64,000 nt of DNA from Tubiluchus corallicola (Eukaryota; Animalia; Priapulida): assembly GCA_030141605.1 (NCBI GenBank), contig JAQGDQ010000862.1:1-64000 (forward strand). Reading direction: 5' to 3'. The notes under the pieces were generated by a model. That model saw only the letters and a program-made list of their open reading frames with translations, was not told the origin of the DNA and ran no database searches. Each line of letters starts with the position of its first letter. The stretch's first letter is position 1. The translations under genes and the position numbers were made by a program. Below are positions 51,560 through 63,600 of this stretch, piece after piece.

Positions 51560-51770
51560 AAAACTCTCGCAGTTTTTGATGCAGTCGGAAACTAATAAGA
51601 AATTGTTCCACTTATCTGGAGGAGGACTCGAAAGCTCAATGCTCCTTCCTCCTCCACACAGTAACTCGTTTAGTTTATATATATTTTTTTCAATGTAATA
51701 ACATTTGTATATATGTTTAAGTGTTTCTGTGGAATAAATTCATAATTAAAAAATTCATAATTCAAATGTG
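51560..51770 (+). mobile_element. 3' terminus of an L2/CR1-type LINE (or LINE-tailed SINE)
   Basis: Stem-loop GGAGGAGGACTCG...TCCTTCCTCCTCC, AT-rich UTR, GGAATAAA, then a short repeated tail (TTCATAA/TTCAAA). Confidence 0.6.
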
Positions 51771-52139
51771 ACGTCTATCCAATTTATTATCTGTCACCAT
51801 GTATTAAGTGCAGTAAGTATCGTTTAGCATAAAGTTTAATCTTTGTGTTTGTTGTTTTATTCTTACAACTAGAAACGAAACTTAGATCTTACAAACACAC
51901 CAAAATGAATCATTTCTTTCTAATTACACTAACCGAACTTCGAGACATAACCTTTAGATAACGTATAAAATAAATAAAAAATATTTTCAGTCTAATAGCT
52001 TTAAAAACCGCAAAACAACAACTTATTATATCAGTGAAGGATCTCAAAAGGTCAACAGGAGTGTGGGTGGGAGTGGGATTTGTTCGTTCTTATTTTTTGT
52101 TTAGGTCATATCAACAGGATGTCAAGGTGCAGTTTATTA

Positions 52140-52440
52140 CTTTGTAGATTCTAATAATTATTGACTTCAAGGCCAAGTTATGTAGTTTTGTTAATTGGGA
52201 TTATCATGATTATTACAAAAGGAAAAGAATGCAGGACGAGGAACAATTACTGCTGCATTGTGTTTAGGAAACTCCACAATAATTTTGTAACCCGCAATCA
52301 TTGGTATAATAGTCAGTTTCATTGTACATTCGGATCAACAAAAAACAAAGCATTTTGCTTATGAATGTTTTAGAATTATTTATAACTGTTGTGTATGTAC
52401 TGTAAATAATCAATAAATTTACTACTCTTTATAAAAAAAC
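52140..52440 (+). mobile_element. Possible CR1-type LINE 3' end
   Basis: Decayed peptide IIDFKAKLCSFVNW...CRTR, AT-rich UTR, CAATAAA at ~52411 and an A-rich tail. Confidence 0.4.
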
Positions 52441-52855
52441 AAAAAAGAAAGAAACTACCCGAGTCAAGGTCTGTCACCCATAGCTTAAAAACTTGAGTAA
52501 AAGGTTGAATGCCTTTTATAGTATCAAAATATATTATTTCTTTCTTTTAAAAGTTTTCACCCTAACGGGTCTCAGGTTAGCAGCGGAAGTTTATTTGAAC
52601 AGTTAAGTGAAAGTTCCTGAAAGGAATAATAATCTATTGTTGAGACTTAAAAGAGCATTCAACGTATTATTCAAGCTAAAGCTGACAAGTCTCGGGAGCG
52701 CTCTCTCATAATTTAGGACTTAAAAACTTGGTTTGCATAAATTGTATTTCAAAATTAGTGCATGTGGATAGTACATAAGGGTCAAGGACATTCATTATAC
52801 TATTTAATTATAGGATAACACTCGTGTCCTGATTGACAGTAAACATACTCATAAT

Positions 52856-52859
<4 letters not shown>

Positions 52860-52916
<57 letters not shown>

Positions 52917-52933
52917 ACACACACACACACACA
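52860..52933. repeat. (CA)n microsatellite
   Basis: Direct inspection. Confidence 0.97.
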
Positions 52934-53203
52934 CTAAAATTATTATTTACACACGATGTCACGCATGGTAGATAAAGGGAAATATCAAAATCTCTCCAGG
53001 GTGCAAGTCTGCAAGGGGAAGTGAAAATTTTAGATTAGTACAACATGCCATTACTGCATGTATTACTGTCACGCGATAAAAACCCTCCTCACCCACCTGT
53101 GAGCTGAAGTACTAGTTCAAAATCAAGAGTTTCCAATCATGCGCAGTTTGTCAGGAAGGTGCAAAAAGTTAGAACAAACCTTTAAATTCCTGGTTGTTCT
53201 TAC

Positions 53204-53306
53204 CTATTTGGTTGACGAAAAAAACCAAGAAGTTCTGCCTCCAACTTGCAGCATAGATGCCAGTGCAGATGACTAGGTGGACAGTTTGTGTTGATAACAT
53301 GTTCTC
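53204..53306 (-). CDS. fng: Fringe exon 3 (103 nt, G-EHVINTNCPPSHLHWHLCCKLEAELLGFFRQPN-R)
   Basis: TTTTAG| acceptor and AG|GTAAG donor. The phase-1 join with exon 2 makes GGA (Gly). Matches Fringe HVINTNC...H....L.CK...E...F; the phase-2 end predicts the next exon starts x-TGG (WFCHxDDD). Confidence 0.9.
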
Positions 53307-53922
53307 CTAAAATAACATGAACTGTGTCAAATAAAACAGGTGCTAATATTTCTGCGTTGTCTAATATAGTCATTAGAGGATTAAACGGAGGATTAAACGA
53401 ACAAACAAACAAGTAAACAAAAGAATAAACAAGAAGGCAACACGTAATAATTAAACAAACAAATGAATGAATGAATGAACGAATGAATGAATGAATGAAT
53501 GAACGACTAGAACAAGCGAACGAATGAATGAGTAGATAAATGTGACACAAGGATAAAAACAAATACATGTAAGTGACGAATAACACTAGTAAAATGTTAT
53601 TCAAACTAGATTTTATCCATGTTTTCTAAATTTTGACAAGAAAAATGATAAAAAAATAAGCGATTCTTGGACAAAAATTTTGCAAAAACTAATAAACAAA
53701 AACGTCTATAAAGAATAACAACCTGTTATTTTAAGCTCATACCTGGTCAGAGATGCGCCTAAAAGAATTGGACTAAGATAGTATGTGCAATGGAAGACAG
53801 TAAATCTAAGTATTGAGGGAAATGGTGACTGTAGATTGAACTTTAGATTTTTGATTAGCATTACAAGAAACTCTGTATCTACGGCAGCCTAAAAAGTTTT
53901 TGTACTGATGCTGTATTATACT

Positions 53923-54005
<83 letters not shown>
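53923..54005. repeat. (TC)n microsatellite in Fringe intron 2; (GAAT)n at ~53462-53530 in the same intron
   Basis: Direct inspection. Confidence 0.97.
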
Positions 54006-54009
<4 letters not shown>

Positions 54010-54183
54010 CTCTTTCTTTCGTAATTCGTAAGTGACTGTCGCTACTAATGCTATTTTAATGCAGCCTCCTTCCAGTAACCTCCTAAAAAATCGCCCCACT
54101 CATATGGCATGTTGTCTTTTTCTTCTGTTACCTGTGCTGAGGAAGCTGAACAATTGCAATTGTGCTAGAATATGAAAACTTAC

Positions 54184-54232
54184 CTGCTAATTCTTGAACT
54201 TCCTCATCATCTGCATCCGAGAAGAAAAATGT
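54184..54232 (-). CDS. fng: Fringe exon 2 (49 nt, TFFFSDADDEEVQELA-G)
   Basis: TTTACAG| acceptor and |GTAAG donor; in frame with the previous exon. The peptide matches Fringe TFIFTDGEDE..L...G. Absent from the ORF track. Confidence 0.9.
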
Positions 54233-54549
54233 CTGTAAATTCCAATAACAATGAGTCGACAATAAATTAATAATGAAGAAGAATTGCAATTATTGAAACA
54301 TAATATCTTTCTTAAACATTTTAGTTTGTACATTTTAAGCCCCTTTAATAAGCTTACCTACGTATGAACAGCAAAAAGTAGTCTTGTGTAAGTAGACTAA
54401 ATCTGAGTAGTCATGGATTTAGTGATCACAGTGAAACTACGCCAAAACTGGTCGGTAAATGCACGGATGACTGCTTGTAGAAAACTGCTTCTGGGTGGTT
54501 TTATGTGTCATACGGTATTGCTTCGTCAAGGGACTGAACGTTGCCAAAT

Positions 54550-55030
54550 CACCTCTCTTGATCAATGTCTTATCTCTTCTGCTGATCAGTATCTTGTCTC
54601 CGCTACTGCTCAACATTTATCTCTTATGCTGGCCATTACCTTATCTCCTCTGATGTTCAGTGTCCATTTTCCTCTGCTGGTCAATGTTTTAGCTCCTCTG
54701 CTGGTCAATATTTATCTCCTCTACTAGTCAATAACTTATCTTCTGTGCATTGTCAATGCCTTACCTCCTCTGCTGGTCAGTGTCTTACCTCCTCTACTAG
54801 TCAATATCTTATCGCCTATGCTGGTCAATGCCTTACATTCTCTGCTGGTCAATGCCTTATCTCCTCTGATGGTCAGTGCCTATTTTCCTCTGATGTTCAA
54901 TATCCAATCTCCTCTGCTGATCAATGTCTTTTCTCATTTGATGGTCAATGTCTTACCTTCTCTGCTGGTCAATGTCTTTTCTCCTCTACTAGTCAATATC
55001 TTATCGCCTCTGTTGATCAATATCTTATTT
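54550..55030 (+). repeat. 24-bp minisatellite (~20 diverged copies) inside Fringe intron 1
   Basis: Consensus ~TCTCCTCTGCTGGTCAATGTCTTA; 8-aa period (GQCLxSSA) in ORF 54745..55053. Confidence 0.92.
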
Positions 55031-55258
55031 CAGAAAATTGTCCAGAACAATGAGGATGACACTACTGCCATAAATATTTACAAAAAGATGGCTTTCTATT
55101 AAGTGCATTAGTGCATTTATAAGTGCTGCTTACCAGCTTGCAGGGTACCGAGCTGCATAAAAATACCATATCATACCATACCATGATATACCACATCCAC
55201 ACTGCAACAATTTCATTCCTCAATAGAAAAACTTGCACAATAATTATGCTGGATTTAC

Positions 55259-55567
55259 CTGGCTTCTGGCAGTTTTGAACCAAGTATTGAGAATAACCTT
55301 TAACCTAGAGTGATGCAATGAAGCTGCTGTCTTTACACTGATGTACACATCGTTCAATTTTACAGGAAAGGAATTGAGTCTCGTCTGGGTTACGTCTGCA
55401 AGCGATTGAAATGATCTTTCGTTCTCCACCATTTTTGCCAGCAGATCTTGTCCTAAATTGTTGCCTCGATTTAGAAAAAGAGAACATTTAAACCGCTTTA
55501 AGAGAACTTTCTTGTGCGTTTGGTCATTCGTCTGGCAGAACCATTTTGCACGAAGTATAATTGTACA
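55259..55567 (-). CDS. fng: Fringe-family glycosyltransferase, first recognisable coding exon (stem plus start of catalytic domain); 5' end uncertain, possibly pseudogenised
   Basis: The frame is open 55567->55259 and ends LNDVYISVKTAASLHHSRLKVILNTWFKTARSQ, matching the Fringe D-x-FI-x-VKT...H..RL..LL.TW motif. A phase-0 donor CAG|GTAAAT follows at 55258. In-frame ATG at 55432; a possible acceptor TTTAG would start the exon at 55452. Confidence 0.85.
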
Positions 55568-55994
55568 TTACAAAAACGCTACGATCAATAATGCGCGAAC
55601 ATAATAAGTTTCGCATCGTTTAAGGCTTCAAGGCCTTATATATTGTAATAGGCGTTTTATATTTTTTAGGTAAAATATCCTAAAGTTAGCATGGCGAATT
55701 ACACCATTCGCAACTCGTCCTATGCCCGTCTTTTCAAGTAATGTTTTACCATCTTAGAGACTATTCTCGTGAATTAAAGCCATTTGTGTAATTTTAGAGA
55801 AAATTCGAGTTGCGGAAGAGACATGTTTTACAGAAAACTATTCCATGCTTATTAAACTCTTTGCAACCTATAGGTTTCAAATAATATAATAATTTTTTGC
55901 CGATAATTTGAACACAAATCGATTTAGTGACATTTTACCCAGTTTATTAAAAATAATAATTTTAGTTTTCTTAACATTCACCGTTAATTACCAC

Positions 55995-56480
55995 TTGGAA
56001 ATTATCAATAGAATAATATTGAGAACAATGTTGCGCTGATTACGCAGCCTTGTTTAAGGCCTACAATACTTTTGAAAGGAATAGGTGACCCATCTATAAT
56101 TTTTATAGAGTAATCATAATTACTTCTCATGTCAGTAATAATTGCTAACGTTTTACCTACAATTCCATACCACTGCATTTTACAATATAGAGCCTGATGG
56201 TAGACAGAGCCGAAATCCTTTTTTATAATCAACAAAACATTTTACAGTTGTCATTTATTACAAAAAATCTATTATCGATAATAGTGTTCAATGCTAGGAT
56301 GTAGTCAATTTCATGTGCTCCTTTCTAAAGCCAATTTTTGTTTGATGAATAACATTTCTGTTTTCTAGGTATTTACTCAAACACTCGAACAATTTGCAGA
56401 AAAAAGTCGAGATAGTTATTTGCAGATAATTAGCAGATTCGCTTTTAGAACCTGTTTTGTGCAAGGATACAGTAGTCTAA
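55995..56480 (-). mobile_element. Old LINE reverse transcriptase fragment
   Basis: Decayed motifs LHKTGSK...NY, IGFRK, CFVDYKKDFGSV.HQAL, GLKQGCVISATLFSI. Confidence 0.8.
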
Positions 56481-56755
56481 AACTTTCTGAACACCATGTA
56501 GGATATTTATTTCATGAGTAAATTAGGTTAGTAACATAGTAGTAACTTAGTAATCAACTTAATAACATAAGGAGCCATAATTGTTATCGTAACTTTAATG
56601 CACACTTTAGAAATGACTATGTGTGTTAGTTATTTATTTATTTATTTAAAGCTTTGTCAAATCGTAGCTGGAATGAGAGGCTTCAAAATAAACGATTCGC
56701 TTGCCCTGTGAAGTAGTCGAAATTTATCAGATTCACATCACATCACCACATTCAT

Positions 56756-57006
56756 CAGAGCCAGTTTATCCTATAGGCTAGCATATGCTGCAGCCTAGGG
56801 CTCCTCAAGCTTTGCTAATATTTTTAAATTCTTTGCTAATATATGTGCTAATTTGTTGGTATTTCTTATATAAATTATAAGATATATAAGTTATATAAAC
56901 GTTGCTGAAATTTCCACGTGTTAAAATATGCAAAGCGGGCGCGGGCGAGTCAGGCGGTGGCTCCCTCTTAGCCTACGGCCGGCAAAAGGTCATAATCCGG
57001 GCCCTG
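56756..57006. mobile_element. Degraded hAT-like MITE
   Basis: Right end TAATCCGGGCCCTG and a diverged left end CAGAGCCAGTTTA..CTATAGGC; no TSD match. Confidence 0.5.
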
Positions 57007-57903
57007 AATATAACAATTTTTGGTGGGAAATTGTTGCGGTTCTTCATTGTGATTACGGAACAGGATTCTTCCGCAACATGGTAAATTAATGGCTTTGGAT
57101 TATTCTGCTCAATTTTATAAGAGTCTGAAGATTTACTATAAACTTTGTATTTGGTTTTTGCTTTATGTGATGAGCAATTAATCTGCATTTAATCCTATAT
57201 TACTTGGATAAAACGTACACAATATCATATAACATACTTACGTATAATAGATAATCCTAAAAACAAAATTACAATTAAGACTAGAGTAACCTTCCGCCGA
57301 CCAGCATTCCGCTCTCCGAATTGAAATGACGTCATGTTAAGTTGTTAATCATCATTATAACCGTTTATCGCGAATACCTGCAGCACTGTGGGCAAATGTT
57401 AGCTCATTTGAAACTTCTCAGATACTGACACAACAAATCATCACAGATCAGGAAACAAAACTCCCCAAAACACTAATGCAAGTAGAGAATGTCTTTCTAA
57501 TCGATAATCAATAATATATATTTTGATCAATAATCGGTTATAGCTAAATGCTAGTCAACTCCTAGCCTTCTGTACTTTCACACGTCGATGTTTTTTCCAT
57601 TTCTCTCGCCAGCGATTTCCATGTTCTAGCTTCAACTCAACCAGAAACTGACCCTATGGTCAGCGGTCAAACCTCAAGCAGCTGAGCTCATCGTCCATAC
57701 AACCTATATGAATTATCACGCGCGAATGTAGTTACCCGCTACGAATATTTTAAGCTTGATGAGTTCCTGCAGTAGCAGCAACAACTATGCTTTAAAAACG
57801 TGCAATTTTACATGACTTAATGAAATCACTACGCAAACAAACGGCAAATCACACCAGCTATGATAAGAATAAATGGTCGAATATACCTACCTTCCTGCTA
57901 GGA

Positions 57904-58536
57904 CAGTGGTTCCCAAAGTAGGGGTAAATTACCCCTCGGGGTAATATGGTTTTTTTGAGGGGGTAACGGGCACCCCTCTGAAAATTTTTAAAACTTCGCT
58001 TGGAATGCATTTTACGTAGTTTTCTTCTTGAAGAGACTGCCTCCGGCAGGCAACATTGTGTCATGGGGTCCATCATTCGCACGTTCCCATGATCTCTGGT
58101 GCTATCCTGGGGAGAAGTCAAAGTTCATGATTGTTTCTTTGGTTTCTTCTCTATCGACATTTCTGCACAGAGTTTAGAGTTTAGAGAAAGCTAGGACCCA
58201 GGATTGAGAAACTGGCGTCCGAAAAACAGGCTCATCCGTCCCACTAACTGAGATTTTGTTGTTGTCATCAATTTCTTCTTGTTTTCGTTTGTTCGAGTAA
58301 TAATTACTCGAACGAACCTGCTCACTCAGTAATGAGCAGGTTCAGTAATTGTAATTCTTGTTTTGGCAACAATACAACAACACCTGGAAATTTATTTATG
58401 TCACGAGCAAACATAAATAATTTTTCTTGCTTGAGGCATATACGTGTGTTTCCTTTTTGAGTTGGAGAAGTAGTACTAGGTGGCGGGTAATGGACACGAC
58501 TGGGTTTCCCGAGTTGGGTAAGTTTGGGAACCACTG
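57904..58536. mobile_element. Non-autonomous hAT (Charlie-like) MITE (633 bp)
   Basis: Perfect 14-bp TIR CAGTGGTTCCCAAA; 8-bp TSD TGCTAGGA at 57896-57903 and 58537-58544; subterminal GGGGTAA motifs. Confidence 0.95.
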
Positions 58537-58715
58537 TGCTAGGAGGACTTAATGTGGAATATGTGAAATCATTTTTAAAAAATCACTGTCACGTACTTTT
58601 AAACGCGTGAAAAACGTATTTCATAAACAAAGCAGATTCCCGGGGTGATGATATTCATACAAATAATGTATTTGTCGCTTATAAATAATTTTCTAGTAAA
58701 GCAGTTAAATAGGTA

Positions 58716-58910
58716 ACTAGGTAGGAAGGTAGGTAGGTACATAGATAAGTAGGTAGGTAGGCAGGCAGGTAGGTAGGTAGGCAGGTAGGTACATAGGTGA
58801 GTAGGTAGGTAGGCAGGCAGGAAGGCAGGCAGGCAGGTAGGTAGGTAGGTAGGTAGGTAGGTAGGTAGGTAGGTAGGTAGGTAGGTAGGTAGTTAGTTTT
58901 AGGTAGGTAG
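58716..58910. repeat. (TAGG/CAGG)n tetranucleotide repeat
   Basis: Direct inspection. Confidence 0.97.
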
Positions 58911-60645
58911 GGAGAGAGATACAGACAGACTTACAGATACATGAATAGTTCTTTTATTAAAATCAAATTATAATTTTGATGTTCTATAGATGTAGTACAT
59001 AGAACATCTGAGTACATAGATGTTCTATTTTTGGCAATTTTCGCTTGGAAAACTGCTGACGCAAAGCCATTGTTGAGATGCTCAAGCAGCTTTACTTACG
59101 CCGCTTCTTCTATGTTATGATGTTATAGATAAAGAAACGCTTTATTTTTTCTCTGTATTTTAAATAGAAATATTTTAAAATGTTTAATTATTTTTCCCTA
59201 AATTTTTGCAATTATTATTTTCTTCTTGTTACTTTTTTTGATTTTTATAAAATTCAGGTGTGTTTTCACCAAATCAAAGCTGTAATACCGTTTTGTTAAC
59301 ATTTTTGAGCATATCCACAGAAAGAGTTTGTTTCATTTACTCTTTATTCAGTGTGACCTAAGGCTAGAACCATGCTGTGTTGATTGTGTACCAGATTGCG
59401 TTCTACAATTTTCTTATTGTATGTGAGTGTTGTGCATTGCATTGTATGGTGCACAAAAGAATTTAGAGTAATAATTTTTTGAGTCATTAATCATATAAAA
59501 ATTTATTGTGTACCACTTCTGATTAACTTGAATAACTTGTTGTCTTGCAATGATTATTCTATGTTAAAATTTTGCTGCTGTTGCGTGGTTGTGACTTTGC
59601 ACACCTGGTGGCTGACTAATATTAATCAAAGCTATTCATTCGAAGCATCCGCCATTAAACTCCAGAGCTGTCAATCACTCTTACCCATGAGCTCTCATGT
59701 GCATCGTTGCTTCCATGCACGCATCGCTACACTCACCACTCTAGAATGTGCGAGAGTGCACCTCGTCTCTGCCATATTCCACACAGACACACATGTTTTT
59801 TGTAAAATATTTTCAGCATCTATGTACACTAACCAAAAATTAATGTGGAGAAAGGATAATGATAACAACAACAAAAACATTTTGAAAATGACAATGATGC
59901 CAGAAACAAACAATAAATAACATTCTAAAGTGAAAATGTTGGAATGCAGCCTGAATTTCTGAACCATGTAACTAGTCTAGAAAATCCAAAATCATGATAT
60001 ACTACAGATTGCAATAATATATCTGGTGAATAAATTGCACGTTTAGATGGGAAGTGACTTTGACAGAGTTTAGCATGACAATAGAAAATACAGTTGACCC
60101 ACTATTGACATCCAAGCATTGTTTACAAAGCATAATAGAATTTAGTGTTTTCTTTCATTAAGATTAGTCAGCCACTTTGATGTGGTGGTGTGGTGTGGTT
60201 TGTCGTTGTGGTTTTTTTTGTCATGTTCAAATATTTGCCGGTGATTGATAAGTCTTATAATTAATTATTGTTTCTGGATTCATTATATATATTGCATAAA
60301 GATCTCTCATCGCATCCTCTCATTAATTTTTTATTTATCCAGTTGGGCCCAACAGGGGAAAGATCTTTTTGCAAAATATATACCACTCATTTCTGGAGAT
60401 TGGAAATGGCCCTGGCGCAGTGGTGGTAAAAGTTTGATAAGCCGTTCGGCGGTGGATGTTATAGTCATATAATAAATGCCTATAGGCAATCATTTGTGGG
60501 CGTTTTCATGGGCACAACTCCCGATGTTTTATGTCTGAAAAATTTTTAGCATGATAATAGAAAATACAGTTTACCCAGTATTTATAAGACATAATAGAAT
60601 TTAGTGCTTTCTTTCAATAAGATTAATCAGCCACTTTTAATATTT

Positions 60646-63600
60646 TTCTCTCTTTTCTCACCATCCTCCTGGTAGATTTTCATCTGTCAGCCGGCGAACA
60701 CTTGATAACGTCTCTCCAGGTGTCTCTGTCTTCATACGTCTTCTCCTCCTCCACATCCACCAGTCGGATTCCTCTCCTCGCAAGCGCCTCTCCAACTCCA
60801 TCAAGCCATCTCTTCCGGGGCCTTCCCACTGGTCTTTTGCCTTGCGGCTTCCATTCAAGATATTTCTTTGCCAATCTCGTGTCGTCCATCCGCTTAATAT
60901 GCCCATACCACCTCAACTTGCTCTCCTCAATCTCTCTCAAGAGTGGTTTCACTGAGAGGTCTGACCTTATCTGTTCACTTCTGAGTCTGTCTATCCTTGT
61001 TCCACCCCTTATAGTCCGAAGAAGTTTCATTTCCGCTGCCTGTAGTCTTGAGGATGTCTTCGTTGTAAGTGACCAACATTCAGCTCCATATGTTAGTATT
61101 GGTTTCAATATTGTGTTATATATAGTTGTCTTGACTTGCTTGGGTATGCACTTCTCTTTCAATAGGGGATACATCATCATAAAATTTCTTGTATATTTCT
61201 CAATCCTCGCACTCAACTCCGTTTCCTGAATATTTCCTTCATCTACAACCACCCCAAGGTATTTATAGGAATTTGCCTGGTGCAGCTTCCTGTCTTCCAT
61301 ATACACATCAAATTCCTCTCTTCTACGGCTTATGTGCATGAACTCAGTCTTTCCCTTTGCCGTGTTTATGCTCATTCCATTATTATTCATTGTTGATAAC
61401 CATGAACTGGCCACACCCTGCAGTTCTTGTATGGTGTCCAACATCACCGCCACGTCGTCTGCGTAGGCGAGGACTTGCTGGTTTGGTCGTGGGTTTGTAT
61501 CTCTGATGCACTTGTCCATGAATATGATATATAGGAGCGGGGACAACCCGTCTCCTTGTCTTACACCTGCTTCGATGTTAAACCAGTCAGTCTCCACGTC
61601 TCCTTTTCTTACCTTACTCACACTATTGCTATAGATGCTCTTGATAACTCTTATCAGCTTTTTGGAACAGAATACGGCTGCTCCGACATAATCTTCCAAA
61701 GCAGCTTTCTTGGGACACGGTCAAAAGCTTTCTCCATATCAATGAAGAGAGCAAATTTGTCCCTTCCCCACTCCCAGCTTTTCTCCATTATCATCTTCAT
61801 CACAAACACAAGATCTGATGTACTTCGTCCTGGTCGAAATCCGTACTGCCATTCTCCCAATCTAGCCTCGACATGTGTACGAAGCCTCCTCTCGATTATA
61901 CTACTGTATAGCTTTCCACAGTGGGACAATAGGGAAATGCCCCTAAAATTTTCACAAAGAGCTTTATCTCCCTTTTTAAATATCGGGCTAATGACTCCTC
62001 TCTGCCACTCTGGTGGTATAGTTTCTTGTCTGTACGCGTCCTGCATTATGGTTAGCAGGAGCTTCTGCGCCTCCTCCCCAGCTTCCTTCACAACTTCTAC
62101 AGGGAGGTCATCATCTCCTGTTGCTTTACCTCTCTTCATCCGTGTTATGGCCCTCGAGATCTCAGCTCCCGTGATGTCCTCGATGAGTTCATTCGGGTCG
62201 ATCTCTAGGTCCACATCCACTTCCAATTCTTCACTTCCTCGTACGTTGAGCAAATCATCAAAGTATTCTCTCCATCTGTTAGCGATGTCATCTGGTTGCA
62301 CAAGCAATTGTCCATTTTGATCTTTAATTGCGTAGGTTTGTTCTTTAGCACTACTTCTGTAATTCTTTGTCATTGAGTAAAGCAATTTCTTTGTTCCTGC
62401 ATGGTCAGCCTTCAAATCCTCTCCGATGTTTTCCCACACTCTATTCTTTTCTTCTTTCTTTACTTTTTCAGCTCGATTCCTGGCTAGTTCGTATTCTCGT
62501 CTATCTTCGGGTCTTCTTCTCTTCATCCACTTTCTAAACCATCCCATCTTCTCTTTAACTGCACTCTTTACTGCTTCCGTCCACCAAGGTGTAGTTTTCT
62601 TCCTTCCTTGATACGACTTTTTAGAGCCCAATGTATCTGCTGCGGCAGATGAAACGATTTCTTTATATGTTTCCCAGTCTCTATTTTCAGCTTCCACTAT
62701 TTTGTTGTTTATAACTTCTCTCATAGTGTCGGCAGTTTCTGAGTCTCTCAATTTTTCTATATTAAATCTCTGTTTCCCCTTCTTTTTCGGTAGCTTTTCT
62801 GTTTTCCATGTCAGTGTTGCTATCACCATTCTGTGCGTGGAGTCCATAGACAGCGATGGCACAGCACGCACATTCTGGAATATTCGCTTGTCTGGGGTCA
62901 AAAAGAGATCTATCAACGACTTGCTGACGTACTGCTGCGCTTCGCTGTTCCAACCGTAGTACGTCCATTTATGACTATCTCGGTGTTTATAGAAGGTATT
63001 CATTATAGCCAACCCGTTTAGTAGACCATAGTCAATTATCCTGCCTCCCTCCTCATTCCTGTCGCCAACACTAAATGCTCCGACCACTGTTTCAACGTGA
63101 TCTCTCACACATCCAATGTGTCCGTTGAAGTCTCCACAAACTATTAATTTTTCTTTGAATCTTGCTGTATCTGTGACATCTTGTAGGTCCTGGTAAAATT
63201 GATCTTTTTCCTGGGATGATCTTCCACTTTGCGGGGCATAAACCTGAATTAAGGAAAAGGCCACTGTCTTTGTCTTGATGGAAATACCAATGATTCTCTC
63301 TGAGACACTATCAACCTTCTCCACATAGGGAGCCAGATCCGGTGAAAGAACTACTCCAACACCGTGCCTCCCATCATCCTGTCCGCTGTAAATCAGTTTG
63401 TAGTTTTCATGCAGGATCTTTTCTCCACTACCCCTCATCCTGGTCTCACTGAGACCAACAATTGCGAGATTCCTGTCTTTCATTATATCCACCACCTCTT
63501 CCTCTCATCGTTGAAATGTTAATTATTGCAATTTTGAATTTAGTTGCCTTTCTACTCCTGGAATTCATGGCACCGGAGATTCTTAGCACCCCCTGCCCAT

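Noticed and set aside
53806-54099. ER-repeat protein ORF (also the hydrophobic start of ORF 53200..53604)
   Set aside because: Translations of intronic (TC)n and (GAAT)n microsatellites; only 53204-53306 is exonic.
54051-54145. Possible alternative terminal Fringe exon after a 38-nt GT-AG intron (ASSAQVTEEKDNMPYEWGDFLGGYWKEAALK*)
   Set aside because: No Fringe similarity, an unusually short intron, and exon 3 at 53306 gives the conserved continuation.
55500-55545. KWFCQTND resembling Fringe KWFCHVDDD
   Set aside because: It lies upstream in the stem region, lacks the DDD and is in the wrong order; probably coincidence.
56915-57010. GC-rich patch with an octamer-like ATGCAAAG as promoter or ncRNA
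   Set aside because: It ends in TAATCCGGGCCCTG, better explained as a MITE terminus.
60405-60460. tRNA/SINE head (TGGCGCAGTGG A-box-like)
   Set aside because: No convincing GTTCRA B-box or cloverleaf.
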